From positions 1-45,812 of IMG/VR virus record IMGVR_UViG_3300020045_003231: 45,812 nucleotides of DNA. One strand, given 5' to 3'. The position numbers and the translations under genes are program-made. Below are positions 1-8,739 of the stretch, in pieces (position 1 is the stretch's first letter; each line of letters opens with the position of its first letter). The notes under the pieces are model-generated. The model searched no databases. It was not told where the DNA came from and saw nothing but the letters and a program-made list of their open reading frames with translations. The DNA is from a virus (Duplodnaviria; Caudoviricetes).

Positions 1-121
1 AGTCGAGCACACCTCGCCAGATGGCAGTATGACGCCTGCGCCGGCCATTCAGGTAACCGCGCAGATGATTCAGGACATCGCGTCCAAGATCAACGATGGA
101 ATATGACAAGGCATCGGTAGA
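1..121. repeat. Terminal direct repeat (copy 1), probably circular-assembly overlap
   Basis: 1-121 is identical to 45692-45812; it falls inside the terS/terL junction and the frames run through it. Confidence 0.95.
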
Positions 122-1520
122 CGCCGTTACGCGCGCGCTCTGCCTTGTCGATCACCTCTTCTTTACTCGCTACTTCTTCAAGTCGCGCGAGGGCATCAAA
201 TTCAAAGTCAACTGGCACCACAAGGAAGTCTCCGCAGCTATCCAGCGCGTGATTGATGGTGAATGCACGCGCCTTATCATCAACGTGCCTCCTGGCTCGT
301 CTAAGACTGAAATGGCAGTTATCAACCTGATCGCACGTGGACTGGCGATCAATCCTCGCGCGCGCTTCCTGCATCTGTCCTACTCATCCGACCTGGCTGA
401 GTTGAATAGCGCCAAGGCAAAAGAGCTGATCACCTCCCAGGAGTTTCAAGACCTATTCCCGATTCCGATCAAGACCGACTCCAAGGCGCGCGGACGATGG
501 AACGTGGTTGACGACAAGGGGATATCGATTGGTGGCTGCTATGCCACGTCCACGCTTGGCCAGGTGACAGGCTTCCGTGCCGGGCATATGGCAAAAGGTT
601 TCCAGGGAGCAATAATAATAGATGATCCATTGAAGCCCGTAGACAGCCTGTCGAAGACGAAGCGCGATGCCGTCAACAACGCATTCATCAACACGGTGCA
701 GAGCCGCAAGGCCGATCCCAACACGCCCATCATCGTCATCATGCAGCGCCTTGCTGATGAGGATCTGACAGGGTTCCTGTTGAATGGCGGTGACGGTAAG
801 GAATGGGAGCACGTTTGCATACCAGCGATTGACGATGAAACGCAAGAAAGCTATTGGCCAGAGAAAGAGCCAATAGAATCGCTGTTGCAATTAAAAGACA
901 AAGGCAATTTCACATTTGAAGGACAATATCAACAACGCCCATATGTTTTAGGAGGCGAGCTTATTAAAGGCGAGTGGTTCGGCCGATATTCTGAATTACC
1001 AGCAGCTAAGCATATTCAGCGCCGCGCAGTATTTGTGGATACCGCCATGAAAACCGGAGAGAGAAACGATTACACAGTATTTCTCGATGCGTTATTAGGC
1101 ACGGACGGTAGGCTTTATATTATCAACATCTATCGCAAGAAGGTTGATGCAGTAGGGTTACTATCAATGGCGAAGGATGTATGGTCCGCTACAGGCGGTA
1201 ATGCGCAAGCCATGTACATAGAGGATAAGGCGTCAGGGACAGGATTAATCCAGCAACTTCAAAATAATCAACAATTCATCCCAGTTATAGCTGTTCAGCG
1301 TACAATTGATAAACTGACGCGAGTCATGGAAGCGCAGCCTAGAATACAGGCCGGCGGCGTTTTAATACCTGAGCAGTCTAATTGGAATATCGATTTTATT
1401 AGCGAGTGCGAGGCATTTACTGCCAACGACTCGCATAAACACGATGACCAAATTGATACACTGGTAGATGCCGTAAATACTTTCATGGGTGGCGGTTTCG
1501 ATATTAGCGCTCTTCTATGA
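96..1520 (+). CDS. terL: Terminase large subunit
   Basis: Walker A-like INVPPGSSKT, Walker B IIIDDP, IVIMQRL coupling motif, C-terminal nuclease VDTA...HDDQID. Confidence 0.95.
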   Translation: MEYDKASVDAVTRALCLVDHLFFTRYFFKSREGIKFKVNWHHKEVSAAIQRVIDGECTRLIINVPPGSSKTEMAVINLIARGLAINPRARFLHLSYSSDLAELNSAKAKELITSQEFQDLFPIPIKTDSKARGRWNVVDDKGISIGGCYATSTLGQVTGFRAGHMAKGFQGAIIIDDPLKPVDSLSKTKRDAVNNAFINTVQSRKADPNTPIIVIMQRLADEDLTGFLLNGGDGKEWEHVCIPAIDDETQESYWPEKEPIESLLQLKDKGNFTFEGQYQQRPYVLGGELIKGEWFGRYSELPAAKHIQRRAVFVDTAMKTGERNDYTVFLDALLGTDGRLYIINIYRKKVDAVGLLSMAKDVWSATGGNAQAMYIEDKASGTGLIQQLQNNQQFIPVIAVQRTIDKLTRVMEAQPRIQAGGVLIPEQSNWNIDFISECEAFTANDSHKHDDQIDTLVDAVNTFMGGGFDISALL

Positions 1521-1529
1521 GAGGCAGTC

Positions 1530-1892
1530 ATGGCACAAATTATTATCAATGGTCAGCTCTACGATGTGGTTCTGATAGCCGATCCGACTACGGGATTGCC
1601 GGTTATGATCGGCGGCCCAAGTGGCGGTGGCGCGTTCTCGCTGGGTGATGGCGCTGACGTGACGCAGGGCGCGAAGTCCGATGCGCCTGTTGCGTGGTAC
1701 ACGGCCAGCGGTTCTGTGATTGGTAAGATCGGCCTGGCGCTCGCCTACCTGGCTGACGCAGGATCGCATGTGGTGACGCTCGATAACAACGGCCGCCCGA
1801 CATCGGATGCCTGGACGCTTTTTGGCACCACACGCATCAAGACCTACACCTATCCTAACGCCACGTCGATGACGGAAAGCGACTGGGTATGA
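1530..1892 (+). CDS. Hypothetical virion-associated protein
   Basis: 120 aa ORF with GAGG RBS; ATGA overlap with next gene. Confidence 0.7.
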   Translation: MAQIIINGQLYDVVLIADPTTGLPVMIGGPSGGGAFSLGDGADVTQGAKSDAPVAWYTASGSVIGKIGLALAYLADAGSHVVTLDNNGRPTSDAWTLFGTTRIKTYTYPNATSMTESDWV

Positions 1893-2845
1893 ACTTCGGC
1901 GCGGTATGGCAAAACATGTTGCGCGTGGGCATGCCTAAGTGGCTGCGTGACTCGAATGGACTTATCATTGGCCTCCGTAGTCCGGATGGTAATTGGACGG
2001 CGGGCAACGGCAATAGCAACTTCGATGGCGCCTATGCTTCACTGAGCGGTAAGCCTACGCTGTTTGATGGTGCGTATGCGTCGCTCACTGGCTTGCCAAC
2101 GTTGTTCAATGGCGCCTATGGATCGTTGACAGGTCTTCCGACGCTGTTCCCTGGCACATTCGCAGCGCTGACAAGCAAGCCAACCACGCTCAGCGGCTAT
2201 GGCATCACGGATGCAGCCACCAGTGCGGCGCTTACCTCTGGCCTGGCGGGCAAGTTCGCAACCCCGGCCGGAACGACTGCGCAGTATGTGCGCGGCGACG
2301 GAAGCTTGGCCACGCTCCCATCTACCGCTGGTCAGGTCAATTCCGATTGGTCGGCAACAAGCGGCGTGGCGCAGATCCTCAACAAGCCTACGACACTGGC
2401 AGGCTTCGGGATAACCGATGCAGTAACGGGCGCAGCCCTCACATCGGCATTGAGTGGCTATGCGACTACGGCAGCGCTCAATGCAGTGACGCCTGTCGCG
2501 CCTGCATACAGCTATCCAACGCCAGCGCTCAATACGGCTTTCCAGGCCAGCGCCACGCGCGATGCTCAAGTGGCCTTCCCTGTAGACGTGACGATTAGCT
2601 CGCTGCTCACCAGCGTCGAAGGTCTCGTGTTCCTTGAGTATGCCGACAATGCTGCGATGAGCACCAATTTGGTGAATGTCATGTCTGCTGGCCAGTTGCT
2701 CGGCGGCGTCATCAACATCACCAATCGCGGCACGGTGACGCTTAACGGCCGAATCCCAGCAGGCAAGTATGTCCGCCTGCGCACACAGAACGTCGCCGGC
2801 ACGCCAACCTACGCCGCGCGGCAAGGCCAGCAAGTGCTTTTGTGA
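1889..2845 (+). CDS. Fibre-like protein with tandem repeats
   Basis: Four 14-aa FDGAYASLxGxPTL-type repeats and two KPTTLxG[YF]GITDA phage fibre motifs. Confidence 0.75.
   Translation: MNFGAVWQNMLRVGMPKWLRDSNGLIIGLRSPDGNWTAGNGNSNFDGAYASLSGKPTLFDGAYASLTGLPTLFNGAYGSLTGLPTLFPGTFAALTSKPTTLSGYGITDAATSAALTSGLAGKFATPAGTTAQYVRGDGSLATLPSTAGQVNSDWSATSGVAQILNKPTTLAGFGITDAVTGAALTSALSGYATTAALNAVTPVAPAYSYPTPALNTAFQASATRDAQVAFPVDVTISSLLTSVEGLVFLEYADNAAMSTNLVNVMSAGQLLGGVINITNRGTVTLNGRIPAGKYVRLRTQNVAGTPTYAARQGQQVLL
2021..2188 (+). repeat. 4 x 42-nt degenerate coding tandem repeat
   Basis: Units start at 2021, 2063, 2105, 2147; conserved in protein, diverged at synonymous sites. Confidence 0.85.
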
Positions 2846-2909
2846 GGCAATAGCATAAATCTATCCAGAAACGGAATATAATAGGATTTATTTATAAAGG
2901 ATAAATCCC

Positions 2910-4319
2910 ATGCTTCCGTTTCGGACTAAGGCTCAGGCCAAAGCTGCTGTAGCTCGCAACAAAGACCCCAAGGCCCGACGCATGGGATTGGGCAAGCCAA
3001 ATATCGCAACGCCGGTATTGCCAACCTTGCCGGTGGCGACGCTGGGCCAAGGATTCGATTCGCTGCCTGGCACGCCAGTTGCATACGTGTTCGATAACGT
3101 CTCTGGCACTACCCATACGCTCACCACCACAGGCCAGCAGCAAGGCGCGGGTATGATCCGCATGGCCGGCAGCGGTATCGAGGGTGCTGCAACGGATGGC
3201 TCGGGCGACACCGTAGGCACCAACGGCACGCTGTCGGTTACTGCGCGCTTGCTCGAAACCGATCCAACAAAGCTGGGCGTGATGGTTGTGCAAGTGCAGA
3301 TCGGCACTACGGCACGCCTCGCCAGTTTGCAAAATATCCAGATCACGGTGATTGCCAATGGCGTCACAGGTACGGTGGTCAACTATGCCATCAATGGCGG
3401 CGTGCTGCGCCAGGGCAAGCTGAGCATGGCTGTCGATGTCCAAACGATGATGCCGACCGTGTACGCGGCAGGTATCGGCAATATCACCGTCAAGGTGAGC
3501 GCCAACCAGTTGACGCCTTTCGCTGCCGTCCTGTCGGTCGATGCCATCTTGCTCAACTCCAAGGGCCGTCCGAAAATTATCTTCTCGGGCGATGATCTGT
3601 ACAAAACGCACCGCGACGTACTCATGCCTATCCTGGCGCCGCTCAATATCCCGCTGACGCTGCTCGTTCCAACTGGGCAATTCGGCGCCGGTACTGGCGT
3701 TGTCGCTCGCCTCACTGCCGCAGAACTAGTGGCGATGAAGGCGCAATACGGCTCACTGCTGGAACTGGGCGTGAATACCCGCCTGGATGGACAGTCGGAC
3801 AGTTTCGCTACCCCCGCATTGTGGGTAGCCGATCTGCAACAGGCTCAAGCGGATCTGGTTGCGCTGGGACTGGGCGGCCCTGGCTTGAACTGCGTGGCAC
3901 TGTCGGGCGGCCAATTCACCGAAGCATACTTGCAAGCTGCCGACGCGGCCGGCTTCAAGCTGTACCGCAGCACCAAACCGCCTAGCACGCTGTTCGGCAA
4001 TTACAGCCGCTATGGCCTGACGCAGAATTGCGTGCTGTCGCAAGGCAATGGCTTGAACGGCTCGAACGTGCCAACCTACACGCTGCAACAGGTGACGGAT
4101 GCCATGGATGCAGCAATGGCGCGAGGCGATGATTTCTACGTCCACTCGCATCAAGTCGGCACTTCGGTGACGGAAGCGTCTAGCATCGGCTGGCAAACCG
4201 CCATGATGCAGCAGGTCGCCGCCCGGGCCGCATACCACGTCGCCAACAGCGGCGCGATTGCAACCACCTTCTCGGAAGTGGTGCGCATGTCTACGCTAGA
4301 ACCGTTCCCTAATCTGTAA
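2910..4319 (+). CDS. Protein with C-terminal polysaccharide-deacetylase-like (NodB/CE4) domain
   Basis: PKIIFSGDD...PILAPLNIPLTLLV...LTAAELVAM...LELG...VHSHQV resembles the CE4 motif order; beta-rich N-half. Confidence 0.6.
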   Translation: MLPFRTKAQAKAAVARNKDPKARRMGLGKPNIATPVLPTLPVATLGQGFDSLPGTPVAYVFDNVSGTTHTLTTTGQQQGAGMIRMAGSGIEGAATDGSGDTVGTNGTLSVTARLLETDPTKLGVMVVQVQIGTTARLASLQNIQITVIANGVTGTVVNYAINGGVLRQGKLSMAVDVQTMMPTVYAAGIGNITVKVSANQLTPFAAVLSVDAILLNSKGRPKIIFSGDDLYKTHRDVLMPILAPLNIPLTLLVPTGQFGAGTGVVARLTAAELVAMKAQYGSLLELGVNTRLDGQSDSFATPALWVADLQQAQADLVALGLGGPGLNCVALSGGQFTEAYLQAADAAGFKLYRSTKPPSTLFGNYSRYGLTQNCVLSQGNGLNGSNVPTYTLQQVTDAMDAAMARGDDFYVHSHQVGTSVTEASSIGWQTAMMQQVAARAAYHVANSGAIATTFSEVVRMSTLEPFPNL

Positions 4320-4324
4320 TGCAG

Positions 4325-4349
4325 AAAATACCCGCTTCGGCGGGTTTGT
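4325..4349 (+). terminator. Intrinsic terminator
   Basis: ACCCGC-TTCG-GCGGGT hairpin followed by TTGT. Confidence 0.75.
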
Positions 4350-4359
4350 AAATTTAACG

Positions 4360-4389
4360 ATAGATTTAAACTATAATGGATAAATCTAT
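4360..4389 (+). promoter_or_regulatory. Putative late promoter for portal, with inverted repeat around TATAAT
   Basis: ATAGATTTA-N12-TAAATCTAT enclosing TATAAT at 4372-4377. Confidence 0.55.
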
Positions 4390-4401
4390 TCAGGAGTATT
4401 T

Positions 4402-5796
4402 ATGGCGCGTCCAGTAGGAAGTAAGAACAAGCCGAAGACGGATTCGATTATGCATCCGATTCAATCCACGATCACTGATGGATTTTTACAGGCATTTACT
4501 GGGGCTGGCACAAGCAAAGACCGCTCCACATTCACCAGGCAGAAGACGGCATTATTGCTCCAGCAGCGGGAATTAGAAAATCTGTACATTGGTGACGGCA
4601 TGGCCAGGCGCATCGTGGATATCCCGGCCGAAGATATGACGCGCTCGGGCATCGAGCTTGAGAACCTGGATGACGAAGAGTTGGAAGAGTACATCGAGTC
4701 GCGCTTTGATGAGTTGGACGCCATGCGCCACTTCAATGACGCGGTACGGTGGTCGCGCTTGCATGGCGGCGCCGTGATGGTGTTCGGCCTTAACGATGGC
4801 GGCACGCTTGATGTGCCACTCAATCCGGAAGGCATCAAGTCAGTCGAGTTCATCCGCGTTTATGACCGCTGGCAAGCCAACATCGATACTCGGGTTCAAG
4901 ATCCGCAGAGCGAGTATTACGGCCATCCTGAAATGTGGTCGATCAGCCCGACGACCGGCGGGGCGCCATACAAAGTACACGATAGCCGGCTGCACATGTT
5001 TGACGGTGATTCGCTCCCCGACATGCTGCGCCAGAATAACCAAGGCTGGGGCGCGTCCGTGCTGCAATCCGGCATAGATCAGCTTACGCGCTGGGGAATG
5101 GGCCATCAATGGGCCAACATGCTGCTGGAGCGCTCACAACAGGCCGTCCATGGGATTCCGAACCTGACGCAGATACTCAACGCGCCAGGCGGCGAAAAGA
5201 ACGTCCAGCGTCGGGTTGACGTGGTTGACATGGTGCGCGGCATTCTCAACACGGTGGTTATCGACTCAGCCGAGGCATACAACGTAACAACCCAGTCCAT
5301 GGCGGGCGTTCCTGACGTGCTGGATCGTTTTGCCGAAGCGCTGGCCGCAGTGTATGGCTTCCCTATCTCAAAGCTCATGGGGCGCGCTCCTGGCGGCCTC
5401 AATGCCAACGGCAAGGGTGATGCGGACAACTGGGACGCGCGCATGAAGGCGATGTGGAATGATCAGCTGCGCAAGCCGCAAGATCGGCTCGTCACATACC
5501 TGATGATTGCCAAGAACGGCGAGGCGCCACCATACAAGCTGTGCATGAAGCCGCTTACGATCCTGTCCGACGCAGACCAGGCCGCAATTGACAAGACGCG
5601 GGAAGAGGGCAAGAAGATCAAGGCGGAAACGTCCGAGATTTACGCCAACCTGTCGATTATCACCCAGGAAGAAATCCGCAACACGATTGCGAACGATTAC
5701 GAATTGGCGCCCAAATCAACGCCAGATCCTGCCGGCCTGATTGAGCAGATCAACGCGGCCGATAAAACGAGCGTGACAGAGTTCCCGAATGGCTAA
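4402..5796 (+). CDS. Portal protein (DUF1073/HI1409-like)
   Basis: LY...ARRIVDIPAEDMTR, WSRLHGGA, KVHDSRL, GWGASVL, PISKLMGRAPGGLNA motifs; position after terL; AGGAG RBS. Confidence 0.9.
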   Translation: MARPVGSKNKPKTDSIMHPIQSTITDGFLQAFTGAGTSKDRSTFTRQKTALLLQQRELENLYIGDGMARRIVDIPAEDMTRSGIELENLDDEELEEYIESRFDELDAMRHFNDAVRWSRLHGGAVMVFGLNDGGTLDVPLNPEGIKSVEFIRVYDRWQANIDTRVQDPQSEYYGHPEMWSISPTTGGAPYKVHDSRLHMFDGDSLPDMLRQNNQGWGASVLQSGIDQLTRWGMGHQWANMLLERSQQAVHGIPNLTQILNAPGGEKNVQRRVDVVDMVRGILNTVVIDSAEAYNVTTQSMAGVPDVLDRFAEALAAVYGFPISKLMGRAPGGLNANGKGDADNWDARMKAMWNDQLRKPQDRLVTYLMIAKNGEAPPYKLCMKPLTILSDADQAAIDKTREEGKKIKAETSEIYANLSIITQEEIRNTIANDYELAPKSTPDPAGLIEQINAADKTSVTEFPNG

Positions 5797-6802
5797 GGCG
5801 TGGCTCTATCCGTACGCACAGGAAAAACAGCTAGAGCGTGAGCTTATGTTGTATGTGGACGACATCACGTCGCTTGTTGACGCGCTGCTCGTCTCCAACA
5901 TGTCGTATTTCCTCAATGCCGCGCGCACCGATGCGGAATCGAGCGAGGAAGAGGAAAAGAAGGATTGGAGCGAAGAATTGGCGCTGCTAATTCTGTGGCT
6001 ACTGATGCGCGCGAACCTGTTCGATTCGTCGTATATTTACCACATCGCACGCAATATCTCCGCATACAACACCTACCAGTTTCAGCTGGCGGTGAATGCC
6101 AAGCTCAAAGTGATCCCGAATCTCAACGAGCCCGGCCTGAACGGCACGCTGTCGCAGTGGGCTACGCAGGTAGCGGAAATCGCCAAGGCCAAGGTAACCG
6201 AGTACATTAAGACGGTAGAAGCGGTTATTCGCGGACAGGCAGGAATCGAAGGCACGAAGAAAACCGCCGCCGACATCATCGCCAAGCGCAAGACGGCGCT
6301 CGAAGGGCAGATCGTTTTCACATCGGTCAATGAGACTGGCACGCTCAACAGCCAACTATCGCGCTCCCGCCTGCTCGGGATCGGTGCGCTATCCTATATC
6401 TGGACAACGCAAATGGATGAGCGCGTGCGGCCACTGCATGCAGAGCGCCAGGGGAAAATGTTCTCGTGGAAGGTGATGCCGTCCGATGGCCATCCGGGCA
6501 TGCCATTCCATTGTCGATGCATTGCCACTCCGATTCTGGAGTTTGATTACGAGGGGCAATTCCCTATCTCGTCGTCCAAAATAGTCGAGTTGCTGCAATA
6601 CCAGCGCGGCGTAACGCGCAATCAGCGGCAAGAGCGCGATCCGGACTATATGGCGGCCCTGCGCAGCGGCAAGCTGACTCCAGGCGAGATTACGACGCTC
6701 AATGCAGACAAGACGCTTGCCAAGCGCCGCATCAATGACCTACTGACTTCCGGCCGGCTAACCAATGCGCAGTTGCAAGAACTCTACAGGAAAGGTCGAT
6801 AA
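5789..6802 (+). CDS. Head morphogenesis protein (MuF / SPP1 gp7-like) with C-terminal extension
   Basis: YIWTTQMDERVRPLH...HPG...HCRCIA signature; follows portal. Confidence 0.9.
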   Translation: MAKAWLYPYAQEKQLERELMLYVDDITSLVDALLVSNMSYFLNAARTDAESSEEEEKKDWSEELALLILWLLMRANLFDSSYIYHIARNISAYNTYQFQLAVNAKLKVIPNLNEPGLNGTLSQWATQVAEIAKAKVTEYIKTVEAVIRGQAGIEGTKKTAADIIAKRKTALEGQIVFTSVNETGTLNSQLSRSRLLGIGALSYIWTTQMDERVRPLHAERQGKMFSWKVMPSDGHPGMPFHCRCIATPILEFDYEGQFPISSSKIVELLQYQRGVTRNQRQERDPDYMAALRSGKLTPGEITTLNADKTLAKRRINDLLTSGRLTNAQLQELYRKGR

Positions 6803-7296
6803 TGGCCACGCGCGTACTCATCACAGACAGGGATAGAGGGCTAATCAAGATCCTCAAGGGATTGCGTGAGCTTGACGGCAAAAAGGTCACTATCGGGCTG
6901 CATGACGATTTGGGCGTGCATCCTGGCGCCAACAACAGCGAGCATTTGACTTACGCGCAGATCGGCGCCATTCAAGAATACGGCGCACGTCGCACGTTCT
7001 TGGACGGCAAGCCAATCTCGATCCCCTCGCGCCCGTTCACGGCTGTATCGTTTGACAAGAACAAGACGCAGATTGTTCAGTGGATTAAGAACGGCATCAG
7101 TGCCGGCATGGCCACTGGCAATTTCATCGTGCAGATGAAGGGGGTAGGTGACGCGCACGCAGGCTATCAGCGCGACATCATGGACAAGTGGACTGATCCG
7201 CCCAACTCGCCGCGCACCATCAAATACAAGCTCAAGGACGATCCGCTAGACTGGACAGGAGCTATGATTCGCGCAGTTAAAGCGAAGGTAGAATAG
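6802..7296 (+). CDS. Putative neck/tail-completion protein (HK97 gp10-like)
   Basis: AQIGAIQEYG, IPSRPF, PPNSPRTI..K..DDPLDWTGAM motifs. Confidence 0.7.
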   Translation: MATRVLITDRDRGLIKILKGLRELDGKKVTIGLHDDLGVHPGANNSEHLTYAQIGAIQEYGARRTFLDGKPISIPSRPFTAVSFDKNKTQIVQWIKNGISAGMATGNFIVQMKGVGDAHAGYQRDIMDKWTDPPNSPRTIKYKLKDDPLDWTGAMIRAVKAKVE

Positions 7297-7320
7297 AAAA
7301 AGGCCCATTACGGGCCTTTG
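7297..7320. terminator. Bidirectional terminator
   Basis: AAAGGCCC-attac-GGGCCTTT between convergent genes. Confidence 0.8.
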
Positions 7321-7509
7321 TTACTTTGGCGATGCTGGAACCTTTCCCCGGTCAAGCTCACGTTCCGTAATCCACTCGGCGCAGATAAGGTGGCCCTTAG
7401 TCATGCCGTACATGACTGCCGCCATCACGCGGAACTCAACGCCCAGGTGTTTGTTCTGCTCAGTCTGCATGTATTCCTGCGCAATGCTGATGATTTCTTC
7501 TGTTTCCAT
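7321..7509 (-). CDS. Hypothetical protein
   Basis: 62 aa ORF coupled by TAATG overlap. Confidence 0.65.
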   Translation of the reverse strand: METEEIISIAQEYMQTEQNKHLGVEFRVMAAVMYGMTKGHLICAEWITERELDRGKVPASPK

Positions 7510-7823
7510 TATTTACCCTCCGCTTTAGCAATCACCGCATCGCATTCGATCACCAGCTCACGCAACTCCAGCGACTGCATGGCGCCATGGTCGAGGCTGT
7601 AATCGTCGTCGCATAAGCGCGTTATGGCGAGCAGGCGTTTCAGCGTGTCGAGCAGTTCTGGTGCGTTCAGCATAAGCGCAAGATGTTCTGCATCTGGCTT
7701 ATACGTGAATTCAGCTATCTCTATGCCACCCAAAGTATTGCGACCCTCACAATCAGATACTTCCGGCGTATGAATAAGAAGCTCAGCTTCAGTCCATGCC
7801 CAAGTGGACATTTTGATTGTCAT
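7509..7823 (-). CDS. Hypothetical protein (APELL...AKAEGK type)
   Basis: Start moved to ATG at 7823, overlapping the upstream stop; C-terminus resembles 41409-41696. Confidence 0.65.
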   Translation of the reverse strand: MTIKMSTWAWTEAELLIHTPEVSDCEGRNTLGGIEIAEFTYKPDAEHLALMLNAPELLDTLKRLLAITRLCDDDYSLDHGAMQSLELRELVIECDAVIAKAEGK

Positions 7824-8083
7824 ACGAATCCCCATGCACGTTGCGCCGCCTGGACATCTCCAGGAACCACGTTCCAGCCGTTTTCCTTGAGATGGCGGGC
7901 GTAGATGCGATTGATCGCAAACATGTAGTAGAAGCCAGCAAAGCCCAGCGTCAGGACGAAGATGAGAGTCGGCACGAACATTCCGCGCAGGAGCGGCACC
8001 CACATGCCGAAAAACAATGTCGTCCACGAAAACCCGATTTTGACTTCGCGGGTAACGCCGTTCTTTTGAAATTTGATATGCAT
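7820..8083 (-). CDS. Small membrane protein (DUF2628-like)
   Basis: EVKIGFSWTTLFFG..VPLLRG motif; hydrophobic helices; AAGGAA RBS. Confidence 0.7.
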   Translation of the reverse strand: MHIKFQKNGVTREVKIGFSWTTLFFGMWVPLLRGMFVPTLIFVLTLGFAGFYYMFAINRIYARHLKENGWNVVPGDVQAAQRAWGFV

Positions 8084-8095
8084 GATGTTCCTTGT

Positions 8096-8467
8096 TTAGT
8101 AAGATTTACCGTTTTCGAGAATGCGATTCTCTGGTTTGTGATCTTCACGTTGAGCGTTGTATGCGAGCTTTTCCACTACGGCGCCTCCCAAGTCCATCCC
8201 ATACGCTCCGGCTAGATCGCAGATGCGAATCAAGGCATCCGCAAGCTCTACCTCGCGCATTTCCCGATGCGGCAACTTGTCATCCATCAGTTTTTTGCGA
8301 TCCCCTTCCATGCTTTCGGCAACTTCAGAAACAATGAGCATCAGCTTGTTACTAAAGCACATCGGGTTATCGCGTGGGTCTACGCCTGTTTTTGGATCTA
8401 CCCACCATGATGCCGCAGCACGATGACAGGCATTAACCATTTGATCTACACATAAATCCAAACTCAT
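8096..8467 (-). CDS. MazG-like nucleotide pyrophosphohydrolase
   Basis: LIVSEVAESMEG...EVELADALIRICDLA...EKLAYNAQR. Confidence 0.85.
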   Translation of the reverse strand: MSLDLCVDQMVNACHRAAASWWVDPKTGVDPRDNPMCFSNKLMLIVSEVAESMEGDRKKLMDDKLPHREMREVELADALIRICDLAGAYGMDLGGAVVEKLAYNAQREDHKPENRILENGKSY

Positions 8468-8468
8468 A

Positions 8469-8624
8469 TTATTCCTTGGTTAATTTAACTGGCTCTAGCC
8501 AGAAATGGTTAGACGACTTTGATTGATACTGTTTCAATTTAACGCGCGCCTGCGCCCGCGTCCCTATTACTACCTCCTGCGGCTTACTTTGCTGCCACCA
8601 GATGGCACCACGATTACTTGCCAT
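8469..8624 (-). CDS. 51-aa hypothetical protein (below ORF-track cutoff)
   Basis: Manual translation MASNRGAIWWQQSKPQEVVIGTRAQARVKLKQYQSKSSNHFWLEPVKLTKE; tiles with neighbours. Confidence 0.55.
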   Translation of the reverse strand: MASNRGAIWWQQSKPQEVVIGTRAQARVKLKQYQSKSSNHFWLEPVKLTKE

Positions 8625-8739
8625 GATTACGTATGCGCGCATAAATTATCTTCACTATGGAATAAAACGTTGCACACAACGCTATGTAGACTCCAAAGAT
8701 CATTGTCCAGGCCATGATGTTGATATATTCGTCGTACAT
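8614..8739 (-). CDS. 41-aa single-TM protein
   Basis: MYDEYINIMAWTMIFGVYIALCATFYSIVKIIYARIRNHGK; TGATG coupling, GGGG RBS. Confidence 0.55.
   Translation of the reverse strand: MYDEYINIMAWTMIFGVYIALCATFYSIVKIIYARIRNHGK

Noticed and set aside
1-121. Biological terminal repeat
   Set aside because: An exact 121-nt overlap inside the terS/terL coding junction fits an assembler overlap of a circularly permuted genome; physical ends cannot be inferred without reads
2021-2188. CRISPR-like array or DGR template/variable repeat
   Set aside because: Repeats are contiguous, in-frame and differ at synonymous sites; there are no spacers, no adenine-specific variation and no reverse transcriptase gene
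4402-5796. Anti-CBASS label sometimes attached to DUF1073-type proteins
   Set aside because: Size, motifs and position between terL and MuF indicate a portal; I saw no 2H-phosphodiesterase HxT pair
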